Notes under the pieces: generated by a model
The model's database searches: none
What the model saw: only the letters and a program-made list of their open reading frames with translations
Told to the model about the DNA's origin: nothing
Assembly (NCBI GenBank): GCA_963730275.1
Contig: CAVSRI010000031.1
Span: forward strand, 85,900 to 149,899
DNA: 64,000 nucleotides
Source: an uncultured delta proteobacterium
Lineage (GTDB): Bacteria > Desulfobacterota > Syntrophia > Syntrophales > Smithellaceae
Direction of reading: 5' to 3'
Part shown: piece by piece, positions 51,502-63,358 of the stretch
How positions within the stretch are numbered: the first letter of the stretch is position 1
Layout of the letters: each line of letters begins with the position of its first letter
Made by a program: the position numbers and the translations under genes

Positions 51502-51806
51502 ATGCGGTCGAAAAAACAAAAGAGTTCAAAGGTAGTGATGAATGTTAAAGAAACCCCTTACGCGGTTGTTGAGGAAATAATGGAAAAAAAGCTGGAAGAC
51601 CTTGCTACTGTTTTATCGGCTTCCGGTGGTCGCAAAAGTAAGCTTTACGAAGAAGTTATGTCGATGGTGGAAAAAGGCTTGTTTAAAATTGCTTTGCGCC
51701 GTTCAAACTACGTGAAAAGTACGGCGGCCGTTTTTTGGGAATTAGCCGCAACACGTTTACCGATAAAATGGTCAAATTAGGTATCAACTGTGAAAAGAAT
51801 AAATAA
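51502..51806 (+). CDS. Fis-type HTH DNA-binding protein, frameshifted in a T run
   Basis: After T-run 51731-51736 the canonical tail AAVF|LGISRNTFTDKMVKLGINCEKNK* continues in another frame, to TAA 51804-51806. Confidence 0.65.
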
Positions 51807-51823
51807 GTACTATAAAAACATCT

Positions 51824-53092
51824 ATGACTAGAGCTATTAAAAAAAATCTAAACTTACCTGAAAAGGTAACTTATCTCTTAAAGAAAGGGGTTCGGATGAC
51901 GGCCCCTTTTTCTGTGGAAATCGGCAAGGAAGTAAATCCGGAGAGAATTGACGGTTCTTTAATAATCTACGGGGCGGCAAGGATTTGCGGAGAAAATACG
52001 TCAATTGCTCAAGATGTGCAATTGGGATATGAAGCGCCTGTTAATTTGATTAACTGCCAGTTGGGAGAGGCGGTGCAGCTTAGGGGAGGGTACTTTGCCG
52101 ATTCGGTTTTTTTGGATAAGGTGACAATGGGCAGCAATGCTCAGGTCCGCTCCGGTTGCCTTTTGGAAGAAGAATCCGGCGGAAATCACACTGTCGGTTT
52201 AAAGCAGACAATCCTGTTTCCTTTCGTGACTCTGGGCAGTCTGATCAATTTTTGTGATTGCCTGATGGCGGGCGGCACAAGTCGGAAAAATCATAGTGAA
52301 GTCGGAAGTTCATATATTCATTTCAATTACACTCCCCAACAGGACAAGGCAACCCCTTCTTTAATAGGAGATGTTCCGCGAGGTGTAATGTTGCGGGAAG
52401 ATCCGATATTCCTGGGCGGTCAGGGCGGAATTGTCGGGCCGTTGAAAATAGCGTATGGCACAGTCATTCCGGCAGGTGTTATTTGCCGGCCGAATTTTAA
52501 GGGAAATGGAATACTTTGGTCATCTCCGGCTTCATCTGAAAAGAAGAAAAAAATTACTATCGGTACTTATGGCGATATTCGCCGCAAAGTTAATAATAAC
52601 ATAATCTATGTGGCCAATTTACTTGCGCTGAGACAATGGTACAAATACGTCCGCCGGGAGTTCTTCATCAAAGAGAAATATGGTGAAGATATTTATACTG
52701 GTGCCTGCAATGTTTTAGATGAAGCTGTTGCTGAAAGAATAAAGCAGATGAATGTGTTTGCTCAGCATCTGGAGAATTCCACTGCCGCCGATTCAAAGAA
52801 AATGAAGGCAGGCGCATCAGACAGTGTGAAGCGCACTCAAAAGCTTTTTTTGCAAAACTGGCCGCAGATGGCCGAATATCTTTGCGGCAATAATGAAGAT
52901 AATATTTCTCTCAAGATAAAAGAAAAATTTATAAAAATAATACAAAACCAGTCAGATCAAGGCATCTCCTATCTGGAGGCGATCCAGGCACTACGGCCAG
53001 CGCAAGTACAAGAAGGTCAGGATTGGTTGAACAAGATTGTTGAAGATATTACCATAGGATGCCTGAAAAAGTTTAACGCTCCGCGGCAATAG
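51824..53092 (+). CDS. Left-handed beta-helix (hexapeptide-repeat) protein, GlmU C-terminal-like (tentative)
   Basis: Repeated short [LIV]-G-x4 turns through residues 60-240. Adjacent to the GlmS-like gene. Confidence 0.55.
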   Translation: MTRAIKKNLNLPEKVTYLLKKGVRMTAPFSVEIGKEVNPERIDGSLIIYGAARICGENTSIAQDVQLGYEAPVNLINCQLGEAVQLRGGYFADSVFLDKVTMGSNAQVRSGCLLEEESGGNHTVGLKQTILFPFVTLGSLINFCDCLMAGGTSRKNHSEVGSSYIHFNYTPQQDKATPSLIGDVPRGVMLREDPIFLGGQGGIVGPLKIAYGTVIPAGVICRPNFKGNGILWSSPASSEKKKKITIGTYGDIRRKVNNNIIYVANLLALRQWYKYVRREFFIKEKYGEDIYTGACNVLDEAVAERIKQMNVFAQHLENSTAADSKKMKAGASDSVKRTQKLFLQNWPQMAEYLCGNNEDNISLKIKEKFIKIIQNQSDQGISYLEAIQALRPAQVQEGQDWLNKIVEDITIGCLKKFNAPRQ

Positions 53093-53100
53093 GGGAAATA

Positions 53101-56100
53101 ATGTTTGTAATAAAAATGTTCGGAGCATTTAAAGATTTACACCGTTTTTTTGCGGCTTGCCGGATATTCATCGGAGAAAAACCATCTGCTGTTCCTTCTC
53201 CATCAATAATATTTTTCCCGCTTCTGCCATCTCAGCTCAACTGCGGTTTTGCCGGTCTGATGACTCTTAAGCTCCCCCAAAAAGACGCCGGTCTGACTGC
53301 TGATCTGATGCTTACTCAGTTGTGGGAAAAGATTAAGAGGTCCGGTTTGCAGAAGGTTCTGGCCGGAGAAGTAGCCACCGCTTCCTGCTTAGGTGGTCTG
53401 GAAACGATCAACTCTGTGGAAAAGGCTTCACTGGAACTCAAACAGGAAAACGCCCAGGAAATTCTTTTTTTTGATGAGGCGAGAGCCCAAAAGCTTTTTG
53501 TATTAGTTGGCGAGATGAATTCATTTTTAGCCGCTCAGGAAAAGCTACTGGAAGAAAACGCGATCAAATTTACTTCCACTGATCTGGAAATCATCAACAG
53601 CCGAATCATCCTGATCAAGGATATTGTGTGGATTCTGGGAAAAGATATTCTGTCCAATTTTGAAAAAGATTATCGAGCTTGCCGGCGCGAAAAAAGCATC
53701 GGCAATCAATGCCGCAGCTTTTAAAAAATACCGCAAGATTAATTTATTGCTCAATGCCCTGGATCGTTTGGAGGTGCGCGGCAGGGATTCGGCAGGCCTA
53801 CAAATTGTCTTTGTTTCGGGTGAGGAAAGGGCAATAAATGTTTTAACGGCTAAACTTAAGGAAAAAGGTTTATACGAAGACTATTTGATGAGATCAGAGG
53901 AGAAAGATCTTGTCAATGGCTCCATTCTGGTTGTGTCGGATATTGCTGGCACCGCTAAAAGAACGAGTGTGACTTTTACCTATAAAACATTTTCCATTGT
54001 CGGCGAACTGGGGCGCAATGTCGGTGATCTTCGGGAGACGATTAAAAATGACAAAATCCTCCAGAGTTTTGCCGCGCTGGATACGGTCTATGAAACCGCG
54101 CTTACTCATACGCGCTGGGCTTCGGTAGGCTCCATTACGGAAGAAAATTGTCATCCCATAAATAATTATAAAATTGATCAGAAAAATCCGGTCTTTCCTT
54201 TTTATCCTAAGTCCGTGGCGCATATTAATGTTGTTTTAAACGGCGATATCGATAATTACCAGGTTCTGCGAGCCGGGCTTCCGGCGGAAATGATCGCTCC
54301 GGAACTTACAACCGATACAAAAATTATTCCTCTACAAATTGAAAAAAACCTAAAGGCAGGTAAAAATCTCAGCGAATCGTTTCGCCTGGCCGTAAATGAT
54401 TTTGAAGGGTCGCATGCGATCGCCATGACTTCTGATCTGGAACCGGGTAAAATGTTTTTAGCGCTCAAAGGCAGCGGTCAGTCCATTTACATCGGGGTCG
54501 CCTCTGATCAATACATGTTTTCATCCGAACTTTACGGATTGGTGGAAGTAATGCCCCATTTTATCAAAATGAATGGTGAAGCAGCTGCCAATGGTGAAAG
54601 CAAGGCAGCGGGGCAGATATTTATTCTGGATCAGGTATCCATCGGGGGCCTTGCGGGTGCAAAGAGTTACTATTATGATGGTACCAAAATTAATCTAAAG
54701 GATAGTGATTTGCAGAAGGCGGAAATTACGACACGTGATATTGATCGCGGCGATAATCCCCATTTCTTTCTCAAGGAAATTTCCGAATCCGCTGTTTCGA
54801 TTAAAAGAACCCTGCGCGGTAAGTACCGTCTGGCCGTAAAGGAAAATTCTCTGCCACAGGTTGTTTTTAATTTAGGTGAAGATATTGTACCTGCCGCTGT
54901 TCGTTCAAGACTTCAAAACGGCACGATCAAAAATATAATAGTTATCGGTCATGGAACGGCGGCTGTCGCCGGTGCGGCAGTGGCTGACGCCATGGAGCGG
55001 TTTTTAAAAAACAGGAATATTAATATAATGTGCAAAGTGGCTTCTGAGCTGAGCGGATTTCTTTTAAAAGATGATTTATCCGATTCCCTAATAATCCCCA
55101 TTACCCAGTCCGGTACAACAACGGATACCAATCGCGCCGTAGCTATGGCCAAAGAGCGCGGCGCTTTTATTCTTTCCATCGTCAATCGCCGGCAATCGGA
55201 TATCACCGCTAAATCGCACGGAGTATTTTACACCAGCGACGGGCGTGATATTGAGATGTCGGTCGCTTCCACCAAAGCCTTTTATTCGCAAATTATTGCC
55301 GGCCATGTTCTGGCCCTCTTCTTTGCCCAGCTTTTAGGTGCCCGCAAGGATGATTATATTGCGGCGGAATTGCGCAATCTGGAAGGCGCGCCGCAGATGA
55401 TGGGAAGGGTTTTTGCCCGGAGGGATCAAATTGCCACTTCAGTGAAAAAAGCTCCCGCGAAAAAATTCTGGGCGATAGTGGGGAGCGGTCCCAACAAAGC
55501 GGCGGCCGATGAAATTCGGATCAAACTGAGCGAGCTATGTTACAAAACCATTTCCTCCGATATTGTGGAAAACAAAAAGCACATTGATTTATCGGCGGAG
55601 CCTTTAATTCTGGTTTGTGCCGCTGGCAGTCCCGGTGCGGTCGCAGAGGATATCGCCAAGGATGTAGCGATATTTAAAGCGCACAAGGCCGCGGTTATTG
55701 TTTTTGCCGATGAAGGCGATGACCGTTTCGATAAGATTGCCGATGCTGTAATTTCCCTGCCGGTGGCAGCTATGCCGCTGCCGGTGATTCTCAATACCAT
55801 GGCGGGACATTTATGGGGCTATTATGCCGCCTGTGCCATCGACGAAGAAGCGCGAATTTTTAGGGAATTTAGAAACGATCTTAATCTGGCCATGGCCCGT
55901 CAGGTCAAAATGAATTATTCTCTTTACGAAAGGATCGCGGATGCTCAGTTCCGTCGCCTGGTTAATGAGTTTTATCAGAATTTCAATCATCATCGTAATG
56001 ATGGAGCGTTCAATTTGCTAGGCGTCCGGACGATTTCGGATATAGTACTTTTGGCGAAATACTCCGCGGGGAAATTGCCGCTGGAAGATTTCCACCATGA

Positions 56101-56830
56101 ATTTAAGACTGATGAAGATTTTGCTTCACCGCTTGATCTTTTGGATGTTACCCTGGGCCGGGCGATTGATGAATTGACCAGACCCATAGACGCGATACGC
56201 CATCAGGCAAAAACTGTAACAGTAGGCACAAGCCGTAAGGAAAAGGAGCTCAAGGGAATTATTTTCGATCTTCTGGAAGAACTGAAATTTGCCGCCAAAG
56301 ATCTGACCTACAGAAACGTCATGACCATAAGCAGAATTCAGCCAGCTATTTCCGCTGTGCGGGGATACACAGTTTATGCTATTAATAATCTCGATGATCG
56401 GGGCAATCCCGCTGAAGGCTCGATCATTAAGATCCGCAAAAAAGGCGGGGTAGCCAAAAACATGAAATCGCGCGCGGAATCTTCCGTTATGCTCATGGGC
56501 ACAAAAAGGACTATTGTCAGTACGGGGCATGCTTATATCGGGAAGGGCAAGGCGGACGGAGCGGCGATCGTTATCTTGCCTGTTTTGGGAGAAAATGAAT
56601 TTGTCAGCAATCTTGTTTTGCTCCATGTGGACTATAATGAACTGCTACCCGTAGGCAAAAAGAAGGAAGTTTTGGGCTACCGTTACAATGATATCCGCAA
56701 TCTGGTCAATGAATACAACATTGTCTGGGATGACAATTATTTGGAAAAAATTCCACTTATTGACTTGTTCAGCGAGCCGGTGGAAAATATTGCCGGACGT
56801 ATTAAGCGATGTACTCTTATAGGGGATTGA
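53101..56830 (+). CDS. Atypical, roughly 1240-aa class II glutamine amidotransferase plus SIS-domain protein (GlmS-like), split by one frameshift
   Basis: LNCGFAGLM nucleophile region, RGRDSAG, HTRWASVG, SIS blocks (ITQSGTTTDT, SVASTKAF). ORFs 53101-53724 and 53624-56830 join at A-run 53663-53667 (...LSNFEK|IIELAGAKK...). Confidence 0.75.
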
Positions 56831-56899
56831 AATTTGTCGGCGAACTTGCGGGGGAGACCGTGTGAGACTCTGCAATCATGAATTTATATTAAATATTGA

Positions 56900-58516
<1,617 letters not shown>

Positions 58517-58713
58517 ACACCATGCTAGGTTTTATATGCACAAATTATATTAGGATAAGCTTGATTTTTTTGTTGCCAATGCTGTATTGTGCGGTCTAAC
58601 TTGCGATAGGATAAAAATAAATTGCCGGATTTTTGTGGCTGTAGTAACCGAAGTAGTAAGTACTGGTGAACGGCAACGATTCTGCAAAAAAAATATTAAT
58701 TGAGGAGTATGAT

Positions 58714-60578
58714 ATGGCATTAAATCCGTTAGTTGATTCGCGAGATGTTAGATTTGTTTTATTCGAGGTATTGCAGGCAGACAAACTCAGTAAGTACGAT
58801 AAATTTTCCGGCTTTGATAAAGATACATACGAGGCCACACTGGAGCTGGCGGAGCAGCTGGCCGTGGAGCAGGTTTATCCTGCTAATGCCGAAGCCGATA
58901 AAACAGGCGCAAAGTATGATCCCGCGACAAAGTCGGTTACTATTCCCGAGGGATACAAGTCGGCAATGAAGCTTTATAAGGAGTCCGGTTTTTCCGGCTT
59001 AGGGAACGATCCGGAATGGGGGGAGTAGGGATGCCTGAGGTCATTTGTCGCTCCATTATGGATTATTTTTCCGCCGCCGCTGTTGCTTTTCTCACTTATG
59101 ATACGCTGAAAGGAGGAGCTTCCCGGCTTATCGAAAATTTCGGCTCCGATGAACTGAAGAAAACATATATGGAGAAGATGGTATCCGGCCAGTGGGGTGG
59201 CACAATGTGTCTTACCGAAGCCGGCGCCGGTTCCGATGTTGGAGCTTTGAAGACCAGAGCAGTTAAGCAAAAAGACGGAACTTATCTTCTGACCGGACAG
59301 AAAATATTCATCACCGCCGGCGATAACGATATGTACGAAAACATCATTCATCCCGTACTCGCCAGAATTGAAGGCGATCCTCCCGGAACGCCGGGCATAT
59401 CGATATTCATTGTGCCCAAATATCATGTGAAGCCGGATGGAAGCCTGGGCGAACGCAACGACATTATAACTAGTGGTATTGAACACAAAATGGGAATCAA
59501 AGGGTCTGCTACCTGTTCTTTGAGTCTGGGCGATAACGAGAAGTGTGTAGGTTACCTTTTAGGCGCAGAGCGACAAGGCATGAAAATCATGTTCCAGATG
59601 ATGAATGAAGCACGCCTTGATGTGGCCAATCAGGCATCGGGCGCATCGAGTGCCGCTTATATGCACGCGGTGACCTACGCGAAAAACAGACTGCAAGGAA
59701 CCGATCCCACGAAAAAAGGAGATACGGCGTATGCGCCGATTGTAAAACATCCGGATGTGAAAAGAATGTTGATATGGATGAAAGCGCAGGTGGAGGCGAT
59801 GAGAATGCTTACTTTGCTGGCCGCTTATTCGGCCGATATCAGCCGCGTGGAAAAAGGTGAGGCGGCGAAAGAAGCACAGGCGCTTTTGGATTTTCTTATT
59901 CCGCTCTGCAAAGCAGGCAATACCGATCTGGCGTGGCTTATTACGTCCGAAGCCATGCAAGTCTATGGTGGCTACGGATACTGCTCGGAATATCCCGTCG
60001 AACAGTTTGCCCGCGATTGTAAAATTCTGGCCATCTATGAGGGCACAAACGGCATCCAATCGATGGATCTGACCATGAGAAAACTGCTGATGAATCCGGA
60101 AATGTATAACTACAATGTTTTTAAAAAAAGAATTCAGGAAACTATAACTAAAACTAAGGGCGTTGTCGACGAAAAATATGTAGCCGCTGTTCGTGACGGC
60201 GTGGAAAAAATGGACGCGACCGTAAAGAAACTTGCCGAACTCAGGGATCAAAAAAAGATGCTGGATATTCTGGCAATTGCCACTCCCCTGCAGAATGCCA
60301 TGAGAATGTTGGCGCACGCCTGGATGCATTTGTGGTCTTTAACAGTTACAGTTCCGAAACTAAAGGCGATTGCCGGAGACATATCCGGCGAAAAAGTCGT
60401 AAAAATTGTCAATGATAATTCGGAAGCAGCATACTATTATGGGAGAATATTATCGGCCCGCTATTATCTGGGCGCCGAATTCAAACATTATTGCGGCTAT
60501 CTGGATTATATAACTTCGGGAGAACAGGCGGTAGTGGAAGCTTTTGAAGATGTATTTACCGGCGCGTTGCCGCAATAA
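58714..60578 (+). CDS. Long acyl-CoA dehydrogenase (about 620 aa with N- and C-terminal extension domains), split by one frameshift
   Basis: RBS gaggag before ATG 58714. ACAD blocks (CLTEAGAGSD, YGGYGY, IYEGTNGIQ). ORFs 58666-59028 and 59016-60578 join at G-run 59018-59023. Confidence 0.85.
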
Positions 60579-60609
60579 AAAATTTATCAGAAAATATTCG
60601 ACAAAAACC

Positions 60610-60637
60610 CCCGGGAGTTTTCCTCTCGGGTTTTTTT
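60610..60637. terminator. Bidirectional rho-independent terminator
   Basis: cccgggag-ttttc-ctctcggg followed by a T7 run, with an A run on the other side. Lies between convergent genes. Confidence 0.7.
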
Positions 60638-60646
60638 GTTTTTCCC

Positions 60647-61072
60647 TTACTTTTCCAGAAAAGGCAGGGGCTTATCCAGGCGATAAACAAGCGCCTGGCA
60701 GGACGCAACTAATTTATTTTTATCATCCGTGACGGTGATGTTATAGACAGCCGTTTTCGTTGTTCTGTTTATTTCTTTTGCTTCGGCGATCATTTTTGAA
60801 TTTTTTCCCGGCGAGGCAAGATAATTTACATTCATGCTTAAAGCCACTGCCATTGTGCCGTGGGAGTTCGCGGCTACTTCAAAGGCTTCGTCGATCAACG
60901 AAAAGACCGCGCCGCCGTGAGCCATGCCGAACATGTTTTCCAAACCTTTAGAAAAATCCATTTCCACCTTGGCATATCCTTCCTGAACTTCAATCAATTT
61001 CAGGTCCAATTTCCTGGCGAAGGGTTCATCCTCCAGTTGTTTGAATATGGCCTGTCTTATTTTTTCATTCAT
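60647..61072 (-). CDS. PaaI-family hotdog thioesterase
   Basis: GMAHGGAVFSLIDEAF block. 141 aa. Confidence 0.8.
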   Translation of the reverse strand: MNEKIRQAIFKQLEDEPFARKLDLKLIEVQEGYAKVEMDFSKGLENMFGMAHGGAVFSLIDEAFEVAANSHGTMAVALSMNVNYLASPGKNSKMIAEAKEINRTTKTAVYNITVTDDKNKLVASCQALVYRLDKPLPFLEK

Positions 61073-61149
61073 GATGATCTCCGAAACGAAATGGAATATG
61101 AAGAACCTATACCTACCTGATCTTTGGCATTCATGTCAAAAAAGAAAAA

Positions 61150-61180
61150 GTGTCTGACAGAAGTAAGCCAGACACTTTTT
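61150..61180. terminator. Terminator after serA
   Basis: gtgtctg-acagaagtaagc-cagacac flanked by A/T runs on both sides. Confidence 0.6.
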
Positions 61181-61210
61181 CTATAATTGTAGAATGCGTC
61201 TTAGTGATGA

Positions 61211-62371
61211 TTAAAGCACTCTGACAGCCACGACGCCATCGATTGATTGAATTTTTTTGACCAAACTTTCGCTGATATCACCTTCCATGTCGATAATGTT
61301 GTAGGCTAAGTTTCCTTTGCTCTTGTTGATCATGTCCGCTATGTTGAGCTTGTTGTCGGCCAGCAGGTGCGTGATCTTCTCGATCATGCCCGGTGTGTTC
61401 TGGTTGGAGATGGTGATCCTCTTCTTGCCCGACCTGTCGAGGAGACACTCGGGGAAATTAACCGAGTTCTTGATGTTCCCGTTCTCTAGGAAGTCCATAA
61501 GCTGCATGGCAGCCATGATGGCGCAGTTTTCCTCGGATTCCTCGGTGGAGGCGCCCAAGTGCGGGATGGCGATGACTTTGTCTGTCTTGATGACCTCTTC
61601 ATCCGGGAAGTCGGTTACATAGCAGCTCACGATGCCGTCGGCAATGGCTTTCTTCAGTGATGCAGTGTCCACAAGCCCTCCTCTGGCGAAGTTGAGGAGC
61701 ACGACGCCCTTCTTCATGATCGCGAACTTGCCGGCGTTGATGAAACCCTTGGTGTCCTTGTTCTGGGGGATGTGCAGCGAGATGTAATGGGACTCTGCCA
61801 AGAGCCGATCCAGGCTCGGGGCCTTCCTGATGGTGTGGGACAGCTTCCAGGCCGCCTCGATGGACAGGAACGGATCGCATCCCATGACTTCCATGCCCAG
61901 GGATTCGGCGGTGTTAGCCACCATGGTGCCGATGGCGCCCAGACCCACGACACCCAGAGTCTTGCCCTGGATCTCGGTGCCGACAAACTTTGATTTTCCC
62001 TTCTCGATCAGGTCTGATACCTTGTCGCCTTCGCCCACAAGCCCCTTGGCCCAGGCAAGGCCGTCGGCAACGTGGCGTGCCGCCAGTATCATGCCTAAAA
62101 TGACTAATTCTTTCACGCCGTTTGCGTTTGCCCCCGGGGTATTAAAAACAACGATGCCTTTCTCTGAACATTTGTCAACGGGAATATTGTTGACGCCTGC
62201 GCCGGCGCGGGCGATTGCTTTCACACTTGACGGCAGCGCCATATCTTTCATTTCCTTGCTTCTTACCAGGATACCGTCGGGATCGGGAATATCAGCACGA
62301 TATTCGTACTTTTCCGTAAAAAGGCTGAGCCCTTTTTTCGAGATTTTGTTTAACAGATCAATCCGATACAT
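61211..62371 (-). CDS. serA: D-3-phosphoglycerate dehydrogenase with C-terminal ACT domain
   Basis: GLGAIG Rossmann block, 2-hydroxyacid dehydrogenase catalytic blocks, ACT tail. Start at MYRIDLLNK (cat at 62369-62371, RBS caggagg). Confidence 0.9.
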   Translation of the reverse strand: MYRIDLLNKISKKGLSLFTEKYEYRADIPDPDGILVRSKEMKDMALPSSVKAIARAGAGVNNIPVDKCSEKGIVVFNTPGANANGVKELVILGMILAARHVADGLAWAKGLVGEGDKVSDLIEKGKSKFVGTEIQGKTLGVVGLGAIGTMVANTAESLGMEVMGCDPFLSIEAAWKLSHTIRKAPSLDRLLAESHYISLHIPQNKDTKGFINAGKFAIMKKGVVLLNFARGGLVDTASLKKAIADGIVSCYVTDFPDEEVIKTDKVIAIPHLGASTEESEENCAIMAAMQLMDFLENGNIKNSVNFPECLLDRSGKKRITISNQNTPGMIEKITHLLADNKLNIADMINKSKGNLAYNIIDMEGDISESLVKKIQSIDGVVAVRVL

Positions 62372-62404
62372 AAAATGCCTCCTGTTCCTTTCCATACTTT
62401 TTTA

Positions 62405-62990
62405 TTGTGAGACTAAAATTTCAACAACGAGGTGTATTGAAATTTGAAAGTCGAACAATCCCGCATAGCGGAGGATATGAACCACAAAACTCGCTTTGGG
62501 GTTCATAGCTGTGATTAGAGAGTATTCTGATAATATCGAATACTTACTTTACGCTGCTATGGTCCAAAACAAATTGTCCTTATGGTTTTTTAATAAGAAC
62601 TTCCGTTTTGTGGGCTGAAGTATAAAGTGGGCATTCTTGCGTGTCAAGGAAATCTTAATGAGACTCTAATTTTAAAAGTGAAGCGCATTGAAATTAGTAA
62701 GTCGAATTATCCCAGGAGCGTAGCGACGTGGGATAATGAACACATTTATATATCTAAAAGCTATGCGATGTTCGAAGCGTAAGGCGAACTATACCAGGCG
62801 CGTAGCGCCGTGGTAGAACAAGCATAGCGAAGTTTGAAGAGTTAGTCGAACTATCCAATAGTCCATGGCTATTGGAAATTAATGAAACTCAAATATTACA
62901 AACGTAGTGCAGTAATATTTGTTAGTTGAATTATCCCGCCGCAGGCGGAGGATATCGCAGATATCCGTGGTATCCCAGGAGCGAATAACC
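62405..62990 (+). repeat. 0.6-kb array of nested-hairpin repeat units (REP/BIME-like)
   Basis: Five units. Each has a tgaRactc box, a 9-10-bp hairpin with a 12-nt loop, a linker g[tac][at]agt[ct]gaa[ct][at]at, and a second hairpin with a GNA/GCGTAGC-type centre. Coordinates are in the findings. Confidence 0.85.
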
Positions 62991-63022
62991 TAAAGGTCAC
63001 TATAGGCGACGATGGATGTGGA

Positions 63023-63055
63023 CAAAAAAATAAAAGGGTTCCCTCACGGGAGCCC
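63023..63055 (-). terminator. Rho-independent terminator downstream of the tRNA-Lys fragment
   Basis: Minus strand: gggctccc-gtga-gggaaccc followed by ttttattttttt. Confidence 0.75.
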
Positions 63056-63062
63056 TTGATTC

Positions 63063-63107
63063 TGGTGGGCCGTGCGGGGATTGAACCCGCGGCCAACGGA
63101 TTAAAAG
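63063..63107 (-). pseudogene. tRNA-Lys(UUU) 3' fragment (anticodon loop to CCA), an att-site remnant
   Basis: Minus strand: cttttaa-tccgt-tggcc-gcggg-ttcaatc-cccgc-acggccc-a-cca. The expected 5' anticodon stem (acgga), D arm and 5' acceptor strand (gggccgt) are absent. Confidence 0.8.
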
Positions 63108-63162
63108 TCGATAATTTTAAAAAGGCGATTTCCCATCAATTTTAATATCTTATATGTCGATA

Positions 63163-63237
63163 GGTTACAAAGGGCAAGTTGGTTATCGTTGGGTTACGTT
63201 AGCTTATTTTCGGTTAAGATGGTTACAATTTAGTTAC
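63163..63237 (+). repeat. Six GGTTAY/AGTTAC direct iterons (candidate integrase/Xis arm-type sites)
   Basis: Copies start at 63163, 63181, 63192, 63212, 63221 and 63232. Spacings are 18, 11, 20, 9 and 11 nt. Confidence 0.6.
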
Positions 63238-63358
63238 ACTTTGTTTGGGAAAAGTTAGCTTTTTATTTTATCGATTTCACCTTGTTCAGCAGTTATCATT
63301 CATCAAAACTGAGTATTACGGATGGAAAGAGAGTAATGACTGAAATAACCAGCCCGCT

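Noticed and set aside
61599-62447. Four overlapping ORFs within serA (both strands)
   Set aside because: They are by-products of the GC-rich patch, where stop codons are depleted. The SerA frame carries the recognisable motifs.
62405-62990. Could the hairpin array be a CRISPR array?
   Set aside because: The units are not identical fixed-length repeats separated by unique spacers of constant size. The repeats are degenerate and modular, their stems covary, and no cas genes are nearby.
63063-63140. An intact tRNA gene on the minus strand
   Set aside because: Only the anticodon loop to CCA is present. The sequence where the D arm and 5' acceptor strand should be (tgatgggaaatcgcc...) cannot pair with acggccc.
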